Made by a program: the position numbers and the translations under genes. A stretch of 36,744 bases of DNA from the NCBI GenBank assembly GCA_016182645.1, contig JACPGD010000167.1:1-36744 (forward strand), written 5' to 3'. The notes beneath the pieces are model-generated. The model had not been told where the DNA came from, made no database searches, and was given only the letters and a program-made list of their open reading frames with translations. This stretch comes from Candidatus Hydrogenedentota bacterium. Its GTDB lineage: Bacteria; Hydrogenedentota; Hydrogenedentia; Hydrogenedentales; JACPGD01. Positions within the stretch are counted from its first letter, which is position 1. Each line of letters begins with the position of its first letter. Below are positions 18,330-27,542 of this stretch, in pieces.

Positions 18330-19790
18330 TTAGTAGCGGTAATGCTCCGGCTTGTAGGGCCCTTCCACGGGCACGCCCATGTACTTCGCCTGCTTGTCCG
18401 TGAGGCGTTCGAGGCGGGCGCCGAGTTTTTCGAGGTGGAGGCGCGCCACTTCTTCGTCGAGTTTTTTGGGCAGGGTGTAGACCTTGCCGGTCTCATACTT
18501 GGCGGTTTCGGCGTAGAGCGAGATTTGGGCGAGGGTCTGGTTGGTGAAGGAGTTGGACATGACGAAGCTCGGGTGGCCAGTGGCGCAGCCGAGGTTGACG
18601 AGACGGCCGCGCGCGAGCAGGATGATCGACTTACCGTCGGGGAAGATGAACTTGTCCACCTGCGGTTTGATGTTCAATTCCTTGATTTTAGGGTTGTTTT
18701 CGAGCCAGGCGACTTCAATTTCGGAGTCGAAGTGGCCGATGTTGCAGAGAATCGCCTCGTCCTTCATTTGTTCCATGTGGCGGCCAACGATGACGTCGCA
18801 GCAACCCGTGGTGGTGACGAAGATGTCGCCGAGGGACGCGGCGTCGTCCATCGAGAGCACCTGGTAGCCTTCCATGCAGGCTTGCAGTGCGCAGATGGGG
18901 TCGATCTCCGTGATGATGACGCGCGCGCCCAGCCCGCGCATGGCATGGGCGCAGCCCTTGCCGACGTCGCCGTAACCCGCGATGACCGTCACCTTGCCCG
19001 CGACCATCACGTCAGTGGCGCGCTTGATGCCGTCCGCCAGCGATTCGCGGCAGCCGTAGAGGTTGTCGAATTTCGACTTCGTGACCGAGTCGTTGACGTT
19101 GATCGCGCGCGTCAACAGCTTACCTTCTTGCATCATGTGGTAGAGCCGGTGTACGCCGGTCGTCGTCTCTTCCGAGACGCCAATCCAATTCTCGACGATG
19201 CGATGCCAGTACTCGGGGTCTTCCGCGTGTACCTGGTGGAGCAGCGTGTCGACGATTTCGATTTCCTTGTTCTCATTCGAGATGGCCGGCAGCGCGCCGT
19301 TCCGGTTGAACTGCTCCTCGAAGTCATAGCCACGATGGATCAGCAGCGTCGCGTCCCCGCCGTCATCCACGATCAGGTTCAGCGTCTGGTCCTCGCCGAA
19401 ATGGATGGCCTGGAAGGTGCACCACCAGTATTCTTCGAGCGTCTCTCCCTTCCACGCGAAGACCGGCACGCCCGCTTGGGCGATGGCCGCCGCGGCGTGG
19501 TCCTGCGTCGAGTAGATGTTGCAGCTCGCCCAACGCACCTCGGCGCCTAGGGCCTTCAACGTCTCAATGAGCACCGCTGTCTGGATCGTCATGTGGAGCG
19601 AGCCCATGACGCGCGCGCCCTTCAGCGGCTGCTCCGCCGCGTAACGCTCGCGCACGGCCATCAGCCCCGGCATCTCCTTCTCCGCCATGTCAATCTCTTT
19701 GCGGCCCCATTCCGCCAAGCTCAGGTCGGCCACCTTGTACTGGAGGTCCGATTTCAGTTGGGAAGAGGTCTCGCGAACGGCAACGGCCAT
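18330..19790 (-). CDS. ahcY: Adenosylhomocysteinase
   Basis: [63 protein letters not shown] and YRY*. ATG 19790 with an AAGGAG RBS. Confidence 0.98.
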   Translation of the reverse strand: MAVAVRETSSQLKSDLQYKVADLSLAEWGRKEIDMAEKEMPGLMAVRERYAAEQPLKGARVMGSLHMTIQTAVLIETLKALGAEVRWASCNIYSTQDHAAAAIAQAGVPVFAWKGETLEEYWWCTFQAIHFGEDQTLNLIVDDGGDATLLIHRGYDFEEQFNRNGALPAISNENKEIEIVDTLLHQVHAEDPEYWHRIVENWIGVSEETTTGVHRLYHMMQEGKLLTRAINVNDSVTKSKFDNLYGCRESLADGIKRATDVMVAGKVTVIAGYGDVGKGCAHAMRGLGARVIITEIDPICALQACMEGYQVLSMDDAASLGDIFVTTTGCCDVIVGRHMEQMKDEAILCNIGHFDSEIEVAWLENNPKIKELNIKPQVDKFIFPDGKSIILLARGRLVNLGCATGHPSFVMSNSFTNQTLAQISLYAETAKYETGKVYTLPKKLDEEVARLHLEKLGARLERLTDKQAKYMGVPVEGPYKPEHYRY

Positions 19791-20016
19791 GGTTCTCACG
19801 CTCCTTGTTGGTGTTAGTTCCCGCCGGATTTGGGGAGCGGGGCTGAATGCCCCGGCTACGCGGCAGGTCTCAAAAGGATACCACATAAATGCTTGGGAGT
19901 CGAATGTTTGCAGCCGTGAAGCGTGTGCGGCATGGGCCATTCATGGTACGCTGATAATCAGGAGATGTAAGCAGCCGCCGCCCCAGGTGTGTTCCCGGAA
20001 CCTGAGGAGTAAGTGC

Positions 20017-21711
20017 TTGCTTCCCCTGAAAGCCCTCAAGACCAGCAATTTGGTCCGGTACCAGGCCATTGCCCGCCTGCTCATCAAATATGGGCGTAGC
20101 GACATTGTAAAGCAGGTGGGTCTCTACGAGGCGCTGAAGGAAACCCACGAGCGGCCCGGCAATGGGCGCGCCGACCCGCGGGAACTGGCGAACGACCTCG
20201 AGCTCCTCGGCCCCACCTACATCAAAATCGGCCAGAACCTCTCGACGCGCGCCGACATGCTGCCCTTCGAGTACCTCGAGGCCCTCGCGCGCCTCCAGGA
20301 CAACGTCGAGCCTTTTCCCTTCGCCCAGGTCCAACAAACCATCGAAGAAGAATTGGGCGTGCGCCTCAAGCGGGCGTTTCCGGAGTTTGAGGAGAAGCCT
20401 ATGGCGGCGGCGTCGCTCGGCCAGGTGCACCGGGCCGTATTGCCGAGCGGGCGGGCCGTCGCGGTGAAGGTGCAGCGGCCGCATATGGGCAAACAGATCG
20501 TCGAGGACTTCGAGGCGCTCGAATACCTGGCGGAGGCGCTCGACAAATACACGGAACTCGGGCGGCGTTACGAGTTCACGCTCTTGCTGGAAGAAGTCCG
20601 CCGCAGTCTCGTGCGCGAGTTGGACTACTCCGAGGAGGGACGCAATCTCCAACGGTTGGCGGCCAACCTCAAGCGGTTCCCCCGCATCGTCGTGCCGTTG
20701 CCCGTGGAAGAGTATACGACGCCGCGCGTCCTGACCATGGAGTACATCCACGGCACCAAGATCACGGCGTTAAGTCCGGTAGTGCTCCTCGAAATTGACC
20801 GGCGCGGTCTGTTGGAAGAAGTCTTTGCTTCCTACTTGCACCAGATTCTCGTCGAAGGCTTCTTTCACGCTGACCCGCACCCCGGCAATATCTTCTTGAC
20901 AGACAAACATCAAATCGCGCTGCTGGATCTTGGCCAGGTCTATCGCCTCGCGCCCCAGAAACAGGAGCAGGTCCTGAAGCTGTTGCTCGCCATGAGCGAA
21001 GGCCGCGGCGAAGACGCCGCCATGATCGTGTACCGGATGAGCGAGGCCAAGGCGGACGTCAATGAGACCGCGTTCTACCGCGAAACCAGCAGCCTCGTCC
21101 TGTCCGCGGAAGGCACCAAGCTCAAGAACAGTCGTTTCGGGCAGACCTTCATGTCGCTTCAGCGGGTGGCGGCGGAGAACGGCGTGCGCCTGCCCACGGA
21201 ATTTCGCATGATTGCCAAGGCGTTGCTCAACCTCGAGCGCGTGGCCGCCGTGCTCGATGACACGTTCAGCCCCAGCGAGGCCGTGCGCCGCAATGCCATG
21301 CGCATTACCCGGCGCCGGCTCTATCGCGACTTGTCCACAACCAATATCATCGCCAACATCGCCGAAGTGAAGGACCTCATCGAACGGTTCCCCCGGCGGC
21401 TCAACGCTTTCCTCGACACCATATCAAGCAAACGCTTCGAGCTTAGCGTGGACGCCATTGACGAAGCCCTGCTCATGACCGGTTTTCAAAAAGTCGCCAA
21501 CCGCATCACCGTCGGTCTGGTCATTGCCGCGATGATCATCGGCGCGGCGATCATTATGAACATCGAGACCCGCTGGACCATCTTCGGCTACCCCGCCCTG
21601 GCCATCGTCCTCTTCCTCTTCGCCGCGCTCGTCGGCGGGGGAATGGTCCTCCACATCCTCTGGCACGACATCAAAGGCCCCGATGCCCCGAAACCGCGCA
21701 GGAAGACGTAG
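20017..21711 (+). CDS. ABC1/AarF/UbiB-family atypical kinase
   Basis: LGPTYIKIGQ.LSTR.D, AAASLGQVHRA, VAVKVQRP, ELDY..E, FFHADPHPGN, LLDLG and two C-terminal TMs. TTG start after GAGGAG. Confidence 0.92.
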   Translation: MLPLKALKTSNLVRYQAIARLLIKYGRSDIVKQVGLYEALKETHERPGNGRADPRELANDLELLGPTYIKIGQNLSTRADMLPFEYLEALARLQDNVEPFPFAQVQQTIEEELGVRLKRAFPEFEEKPMAAASLGQVHRAVLPSGRAVAVKVQRPHMGKQIVEDFEALEYLAEALDKYTELGRRYEFTLLLEEVRRSLVRELDYSEEGRNLQRLAANLKRFPRIVVPLPVEEYTTPRVLTMEYIHGTKITALSPVVLLEIDRRGLLEEVFASYLHQILVEGFFHADPHPGNIFLTDKHQIALLDLGQVYRLAPQKQEQVLKLLLAMSEGRGEDAAMIVYRMSEAKADVNETAFYRETSSLVLSAEGTKLKNSRFGQTFMSLQRVAAENGVRLPTEFRMIAKALLNLERVAAVLDDTFSPSEAVRRNAMRITRRRLYRDLSTTNIIANIAEVKDLIERFPRRLNAFLDTISSKRFELSVDAIDEALLMTGFQKVANRITVGLVIAAMIIGAAIIMNIETRWTIFGYPALAIVLFLFAALVGGGMVLHILWHDIKGPDAPKPRRKT

Positions 21712-21763
21712 TCTGTTTTGGGTCTTGTGCCCCCGGAGGGGCTGGGGAGCGCCAAGTGCGGGG

Positions 21764-23176
21764 TCACACTTCTGCTTGGGTCGAGGTCAGGAGGTTGGCG
21801 AGCGCTTCGGACGACATCTGATCGAGCCGGGTGAATGTCATGTGGTCGGGGCCGATGATGCCACCAGAGACGGCCATTTTGATGGCTTCCTCGACGGTGA
21901 GCGTGCAGGCGAAGACGTCGCGGGCTTCGTAGAACTGAAGGAGACCGACGCTGATGTTCGGCGTCGTGGGGAGGAACACTTTGTAGTAAACACGGCCGTC
22001 GAGCGTACCGATGGTGCCGACGATGAAGCCGATGGTGCGCACGCCGGGATAAGGGAAATGGACGAAGACCGCGACTTTGAGGTTCGGCCCACTCTTGCGC
22101 GAGAGGATCGCTTCCACCATTTGTTTTGAGGCGGAATAGATGGTGGTGACAATGGGAATGCGTTCGATGATGGTTTCGGTGATGCGGATGAGCCGCCCGC
22201 CCACGACGGCGGTGGCGATGTAGCCGACGGTGTAGAGCAAGACAAAAAAGAGCATCACCGAGATGATCGCTGTGACATAGCCGGGCAGGGATCCAGGCAG
22301 GGCCTTTGCGAGGGGAGCAATACGGCCGGCGGTGAAGGTGTAGAGCAGGTTCATGGCGAAGGCGGTGATGCCTAGCGGGACCAGGACGAGAAAGCCGGAC
22401 AGCATGCGGGTGCGCAAGAGATGTTTGACGCGCCCCAAAACGGAGACAGGGCCTTTGGCCGGGCGGTGGTCCGCCGCCTCGTGGGTGCTCGGCATCCGCA
22501 ATTCGGTATCGGCCAGAGGGGTGGAAGGGGTCAGGATGTCCGGCGTAACAATGCCGACGGACATGATCGCCTTGAAGGCGTCCTGGACACCCATCCCCAT
22601 CGGTTCGACGTGGCGTGGCGGGAAGATGCAGAAATAGCCGCTCGTTGGATTGGGGGTCGTGGGGACGAAGATGCGATAGTGCGGCCCTTCCCCTTCGAGG
22701 GCGACTTTGCCGGTCATGAAGGCCATGGCTTTTGAGCCGGGGTAGGGGAAATCCACCAGGACCGCGGACTGATAGGTGGGGTCGGCGTCCTGGAGGGAGA
22801 GGACGTCCACCGCCTGTTTCGAGGCGGTGTAGATGGTCTTCACGAGGGGGATGCGCCGCAGGAGCATCTCGCCGATTGCGATGAGGCGCCGCCCAAGCAC
22901 CCAGGCAGCCAAAAAGCCGATCAGGTAGAGCATGCTCGAGAACAGGATGACGGCGATGATCGGCTCCATGAACGGCGGGAACTGCACGACGTTGGCGCGC
23001 ACGAAGGGGGCGAGGTGCCCGGCGGTCAGCAAGTAGCACAGGCGCAGCACATAGAAGGTGATGCCGAGGGGGACAATCACCAGGAGCCCGCGCACGATAT
23101 AGCCGCGGATATTGGTGCGCAAGCGGTTGAGCAAGGTACGCGCCGCGCTGCTGGCGGGCTCGTGGCGAATTCGCAC
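21764..23176 (-). CDS. Protein with two tandem DUF502 domains
   Basis: Two repeats each with GL/FLV.VPLGIT, RIP.V.TIY.ASKQ, V.FPYPG and F.PTTPN..G. GTG 23176 with a GGAGG RBS. Confidence 0.85.
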   Translation of the reverse strand: MRIRHEPASSAARTLLNRLRTNIRGYIVRGLLVIVPLGITFYVLRLCYLLTAGHLAPFVRANVVQFPPFMEPIIAVILFSSMLYLIGFLAAWVLGRRLIAIGEMLLRRIPLVKTIYTASKQAVDVLSLQDADPTYQSAVLVDFPYPGSKAMAFMTGKVALEGEGPHYRIFVPTTPNPTSGYFCIFPPRHVEPMGMGVQDAFKAIMSVGIVTPDILTPSTPLADTELRMPSTHEAADHRPAKGPVSVLGRVKHLLRTRMLSGFLVLVPLGITAFAMNLLYTFTAGRIAPLAKALPGSLPGYVTAIISVMLFFVLLYTVGYIATAVVGGRLIRITETIIERIPIVTTIYSASKQMVEAILSRKSGPNLKVAVFVHFPYPGVRTIGFIVGTIGTLDGRVYYKVFLPTTPNISVGLLQFYEARDVFACTLTVEEAIKMAVSGGIIGPDHMTFTRLDQMSSEALANLLTSTQAEV

Positions 23177-23232
23177 GGGGGGACCTCCGGTGGCGGCAGT
23201 CAACCTGCCTCTGATGGTTATTCTGGCACAAA

Positions 23233-23287
23233 CAGGGACATCAGGGACATCAGGGACGGAAGGGACAAGGGACAAGGGACAAGGGGG
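23233..23287. repeat. GGGAC micro-array switching from 9-bp to 7-bp period
   Basis: cagggacat cagggacat cagggacgg aagggac aagggac aagggac aaggggg, in the divergent intergenic region. Confidence 0.85.
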
Positions 23288-23409
23288 GAGCAGGGGCAAC
23301 GGGGACTATGCTCCCTCCTGCTCATTTGGCGCGACTTTCAGGGATTTCCTGATGAGCAGCCCGGCTGACCACGGCCTAGAATGGAGGGAGGGTATGAGGA
23401 GGCCCGTTC

Positions 23410-25371
23410 ATGCCACTGACAGCCGCGGAAAAACTGATTCTGGCGCACTTGGTCGAGGGCGAGATGGAGCCCGGGGCGGAGATTGGGTTGCGGATTGACC
23501 AAACGTTGACCCAGGACGCGACCGGGACCCTGGTGATGCTGGAGTTGGAGGCGATGGACTTGGAACGGGTGCAGACGGAGGTGTCGGTGCAGTACGTGGA
23601 CCACAACCTCCTCCAGGAAGACCACAAGAACCCCGAAGACCATCTCTTCCTGTACAGTGCCTGCCAGCGCTTCGGGCTGTGGTTCAGCCGGCCGGGCAAC
23701 GGAGTGAGTCACCCGGTGCACCAGGAACGCTTCGGCAAGCCGGGCAAAACGTTGCTTGGTTCGGACAGCCACACATGTGCGGCGGGGGCGTTGGGGATGC
23801 TGGCGATGGGCGCGGGAGGGATTGAGGTGGCCATGGCGATGGCGGGGCATCCTTTTTATGTAAAGATGCCCAAGGTGTTCGGCGTGAAGTTGACGGGAAC
23901 GCTGCCGGATTGGGTCAGTGCGAAAGACGTTATCCTGGAAATGTTGCGGCGTCACGGTGTGAAAGGGGGCGTCGGGAAGATCATCGAGTATTACGGCCCC
24001 GGCCTGGCGTGCCTGTCGGCGATGGATCGCCACGTGATTGCGAACATGGGGGCGGAACTCGGCGCAACGGCGACGGTGTTTCCTTCGGACGACGCGGTGA
24101 GAATGTTCTTGCGCAGCCAGGGGCGTGAGGCTGACTGGGTGTCCCTCAGCGCGGACGCCCGGGCGCACTACAGCCAGGAAGATGAAATTGATCTTTCGCG
24201 ATTGGAGCCGCTGATTGCGAAGCCGAGCAGTCCGGGCAACGTCGTGCCGGTCCGGGAACTGGCCGGCAAGAAGGTGTACCAGTGCTACATCGGCTCCTCG
24301 GCAAATCCGGGCTACCGCGACTTTGCCGTGGCGGCGGAGATGGTGAAGGAGCGGATGGTGCGCGAGTGGGTCTCGTTTGACGTAAACCCGTCGTCGCGCC
24401 AGATCCTGGAGAACCTCACGCGTGATGGGCATCTTGCCGCGTTGATCCGGGCGGGTGCGCGAATACACCAAGCGGGCTGCAATGGCTGCATCGGCATGGG
24501 TCAGGCGCCGGCGGTCAAGAAGATCAGCCTGCGCACGGTGCCGCGCAATTTTCCTGGCCGCAGCGGGACACGCGAAGACGCTGTCTACCTGGTGAGCCCG
24601 GAGACGGCGGCGGCATCCGCCCTGACGGGCGTGATCACCGACCCGCGAACCCTGGACATGCCGTATCCGCGTGTGGCCGAGCCGGAACACCCGGTGCTGA
24701 ATCTGGCGATGCTGACGCCGCCACCGCCGCTGGAGGAGGCACGGGAAATGGCCTTGGAAAAGGGGAAGAACATCATTTCGCTGCCGGAATTCGAGCCGCT
24801 GCCCGAGGAACTCGAGTTGCCGGTGGTGCTGAAATTGGGCGACGATATCTCGACGGACGAGATCCTGCCCGCGGGCGCGCGCGTGCTGCCTTTCCGCAGC
24901 AACATTCCGGAAATCAGCGCCTTCCTGTTTGAAGGGGTCGATTATCAATATGTACGGCGCGCGCGGGAAGTGCGGGAGGAAGGGGGGCACATCATCGTAG
25001 CGGGGCACAACTACGGCCAGGGCTCGAGCCGGGAGCACGCGGCCATCGCGCCGCGCTACCTGGGGCTGCGCCTGGTGGTTGCCCAGAGTTTCGCGCGGAT
25101 CCACTGGCAGAACCTGGTGAGTTTTGGGGTGCTGCCGCTGACCTTTGCGGAGGAGGCGGACTATGAGAGGCTTGTGCTGGGGGACCGCTTGGCGGCCGAT
25201 GACCTGCACGCGCAATTGCGCGCGGGCCACGACGTCGTGCTGAAGGAGAAAGGCAAGAACCGGGACGTGAAGACGGAGCATCAGTTGTCCACACGGCAGG
25301 TGGACATCTTGCTCGAGGGCGGATTGATACAATGGGCGCGCGAACAGAAAATGGCGGTCGCGCCGGGGTGA
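23410..25371 (+). CDS. Aconitate hydratase (compact ~650 aa type)
   Basis: QDATGT, DHN, PGNGVSH.VH.E, GSDSHT, NMGAELGA, CNGCIG, RNFPGR, ISTDEI and NYGQGSSREHAA. Confidence 0.9.
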   Translation: MPLTAAEKLILAHLVEGEMEPGAEIGLRIDQTLTQDATGTLVMLELEAMDLERVQTEVSVQYVDHNLLQEDHKNPEDHLFLYSACQRFGLWFSRPGNGVSHPVHQERFGKPGKTLLGSDSHTCAAGALGMLAMGAGGIEVAMAMAGHPFYVKMPKVFGVKLTGTLPDWVSAKDVILEMLRRHGVKGGVGKIIEYYGPGLACLSAMDRHVIANMGAELGATATVFPSDDAVRMFLRSQGREADWVSLSADARAHYSQEDEIDLSRLEPLIAKPSSPGNVVPVRELAGKKVYQCYIGSSANPGYRDFAVAAEMVKERMVREWVSFDVNPSSRQILENLTRDGHLAALIRAGARIHQAGCNGCIGMGQAPAVKKISLRTVPRNFPGRSGTREDAVYLVSPETAAASALTGVITDPRTLDMPYPRVAEPEHPVLNLAMLTPPPPLEEAREMALEKGKNIISLPEFEPLPEELELPVVLKLGDDISTDEILPAGARVLPFRSNIPEISAFLFEGVDYQYVRRAREVREEGGHIIVAGHNYGQGSSREHAAIAPRYLGLRLVVAQSFARIHWQNLVSFGVLPLTFAEEADYERLVLGDRLAADDLHAQLRAGHDVVLKEKGKNRDVKTEHQLSTRQVDILLEGGLIQWAREQKMAVAPG

Positions 25372-25528
25372 GGAGGGGGGAACGGACACGGCCCCACGTG
25401 GGCGCAAGGGATCGAACCCGCCATGAAGACTGAAAGAGTGCCGCAGGCCCTGGTGAGCGGGTAGAATAGGGACGGCTGGGCGAAGTGCCGGGCATTTCGG
25501 GGTCGTTGCAAACGGGAAGGGCCGTACC

Positions 25529-26203
25529 ATCGCATCCGAATCGGTGGAAAACTATCTGAAAGCGGTGTACGAACTGGAGGAATTCCAGGAGCGGGCCGCA
25601 ACGACGACGGCGTTGGCGGAGAAGCTGAATGTGGCGTCGCCGTCGGTGACGGCGATGTTGAAGCGCTTGAGCCAGCAGGAGCCGGCCCTGGTGAATTACA
25701 CGTCGCACCGGGGCGTGACCCTGACGGAAGTGGGGCGGCTCCGGGCGTTGAAAGTCATCCGTTACCACCGCCTGATTGAGACATTCCTCTATGAGGTGCT
25801 GGGCTACACCTGGGACGAAGTCCACGAAGAAGCGGAACGATTGGAACACTACATCTCGGAGCGTTTCGAGGACCGGCTCGCGCGTTTCCTGGGGTATCCT
25901 GACTTTGACCCGCATGGCTCGCCCATTCCGCGCGAGGACGGGTCGGTGCCCGTGAGCAATACCCTGCCGCTCCACAAGCTGGAAGTGGGGAGGCCGGCGC
26001 GCGTAGTGCGGGTCGTGCATGAGCGGCAGGAGGTGCGCGATTATGTTGCTTCACTCGGGATCGTCCCCGACGCGACCGTGCAGGTCACGGAAGTGTCACC
26101 CTTCGAAGGGCCGGTCTATGTGCGCATAGGCGCGCGGGAGGGGGAGGCCGTGCATGGGTTGGGGGTGAATGTGGCCGGGAAGATTGAAGTGATGCCGGTG
26201 TAA
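25529..26203 (+). CDS. DtxR/MntR-family metal-dependent transcriptional regulator with a C-terminal FeoA-like domain
   Basis: ENYLKAVY, SVTAMLKRL, HRLIETFL, VHEEAERLEH and DPHGSPIP. The start is either ATC 25529 (good RBS) or GTG 25544. Confidence 0.92.
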   Translation: MASESVENYLKAVYELEEFQERAATTTALAEKLNVASPSVTAMLKRLSQQEPALVNYTSHRGVTLTEVGRLRALKVIRYHRLIETFLYEVLGYTWDEVHEEAERLEHYISERFEDRLARFLGYPDFDPHGSPIPREDGSVPVSNTLPLHKLEVGRPARVVRVVHERQEVRDYVASLGIVPDATVQVTEVSPFEGPVYVRIGAREGEAVHGLGVNVAGKIEVMPV

Positions 26204-26231
26204 AATCGAGTGGGGTCTTGAGGGGTTATCA

Positions 26232-26258
26232 AGGACATATAAGACGTATAGGACGTAT
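26232..26258. repeat. 9-bp GGAC-core micro-array
   Basis: aggacatat aagacgtat aggacgtat, about 28 bp after the regulator stop. Confidence 0.75.
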
Positions 26259-26317
26259 AGAATTGGATGGATCGGAGTGACGGGGGCCGGTCTGGGGACA
26301 CGCCATGGCACAAGATA

Positions 26318-26365
26318 TTGGAAAATGCAATTTTCTAATTTGTTATACAAATCTTGTCACGACAA
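26318..26365. promoter_or_regulatory. AT-rich cluster of three adjacent palindromes upstream of fliQ (candidate operators)
   Basis: GAAAAT-gca-ATTTTC, ATTTGT-tat-ACAAAT and TTGTC-ac-GACAA in a high-GC background. Confidence 0.45.
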
Positions 26366-26466
26366 TAACTTACTGAGATTGAGCGGAATTGACTAAATCT
26401 ATATCTTGTGGTAGTCTGTCCCCCGAAGAAGAACAGGGCAGGATGCCCCGGCTACGAGGGGTTGCC

Positions 26467-26739
26467 ATGACGGTCGACGACATTATTGATCTTGGCCAGC
26501 GCGCGATGGTGATCACACTGCTGGCTTCAGCGCCGATGCTGATTTCCGGGATGATCGTGGGACTGGTCATCAGCATCTTTCAGTCCGTGACGCAGATTCA
26601 GGAAATCACGCTGACATTCATCCCGAAGATCGTCGTCGTGCTGTTATCGTTCATCTTGTTCTTGCCCTGGATGTCGGACCTGATGATTGTGTATGTGCGC
26701 GAATTGTTCGCCAGCATCGAGATAATTGTCAGGACCTAG
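26467..26739 (+). CDS. fliQ: Flagellar export protein FliQ
   Basis: GLVISIFQSVTQIQEITLTFIPK and LPWM; 90 aa from ATG 26467. Confidence 0.95.
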   Translation: MTVDDIIDLGQRAMVITLLASAPMLISGMIVGLVISIFQSVTQIQEITLTFIPKIVVVLLSFILFLPWMSDLMIVYVRELFASIEIIVRT

Positions 26740-26753
26740 GCGCTGACTGCGGT

Positions 26754-27542
26754 GTGCAGGAGGCTCGAGTGTTTGAACTGGATGTCTTCCGGTTGTTCCT
26801 GCTGGTGCTGGCGCGGTTCAGCGGCCTGATGATAGCCGCGCCGGTGCTGGGATCCGCCAACATTCCGGCGATGGCGAAGGCCGGCGCGGCGGGCCTGATG
26901 GCGCTCCTGGTGACCCCGGTGCTGCCGCCGCTGAGCGAACCCGTGAGCGCGATTCCCTTGCAGTTTGCGGTGATGGCGGCGGGTGAGTTGATGGTGGGTC
27001 TGATCATTGGATTTGTGATGGCGCTGACGTTCGCGGCGATCCAGTTGGGCGGTCAGATCATGGACATGCAGACGGGTTTCGGCATGATGAACGTGTTCAA
27101 TCCCGCACTCGAGATCCAGTTTCCGATCTTCGGTTTCTTCCTGTTTATCATCGCGGTGCTATACCTGCTGGTGATCAACGGCCACCACATGATGATCCAG
27201 GCGCTTGTGGCGAGTTATGAGCATGTGCCCGTGGGCCAGTTCGGCCTGAAACCGGCGGTGCTCTTCGAGGTGAGCCGCTGGGGGACGCAGATCTTTTTTG
27301 ATGGGCTGCGCATCGCGGCGCCGGTGGCTGGCGCAATGCTGCTGGCGTACATCACCATGGGCTTCCTGGGCCGGGTCGTGCCGCAGATCCACTTGTTCGT
27401 GATCGGATTCCCCTTGACGATGGCCGGGGGCCTGTTGCTGACCGCGCTGATTATCGGCGTTTACCTCCAACTGCTCGACGACATGTTCTACCAGATGTTC
27501 AAAAACGTGGACATGCTGCTGCACGGAATGGGTAATGCCTGA
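26754..27542 (+). CDS. fliR: Flagellar export protein FliR
   Basis: LVLARFSG...APV, GE..VG..IG, GQIMDMQTGF and RVVPQI.LFVIGFP. Confidence 0.95.
   Translation: MQEARVFELDVFRLFLLVLARFSGLMIAAPVLGSANIPAMAKAGAAGLMALLVTPVLPPLSEPVSAIPLQFAVMAAGELMVGLIIGFVMALTFAAIQLGGQIMDMQTGFGMMNVFNPALEIQFPIFGFFLFIIAVLYLLVINGHHMMIQALVASYEHVPVGQFGLKPAVLFEVSRWGTQIFFDGLRIAAPVAGAMLLAYITMGFLGRVVPQIHLFVIGFPLTMAGGLLLTALIIGVYLQLLDDMFYQMFKNVDMLLHGMGNA

Noticed and set aside
19791-19960. SAH or SAM riboswitch upstream of ahcY
   Set aside because: The conserved SAH core (GAGGAGCG...CAGGCTC) could not be found on the minus strand; only a generic GC hairpin is present. An Rfam scan would be decisive.
23233-23287. CRISPR array interpretation of the short repeat arrays
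   Set aside because: Units are 7-9 bp with no spacers, and there are no cas genes.
25395-25470. tRNA-like GGTTCGATCCC on the minus strand
   Set aside because: The T-stem pairs poorly and no acceptor, D or anticodon arms can be built.
26305-26322. Sigma54 promoter TGGCAC...TTG upstream of fliQ
   Set aside because: The -12 GC is missing and the spacing is off by one.
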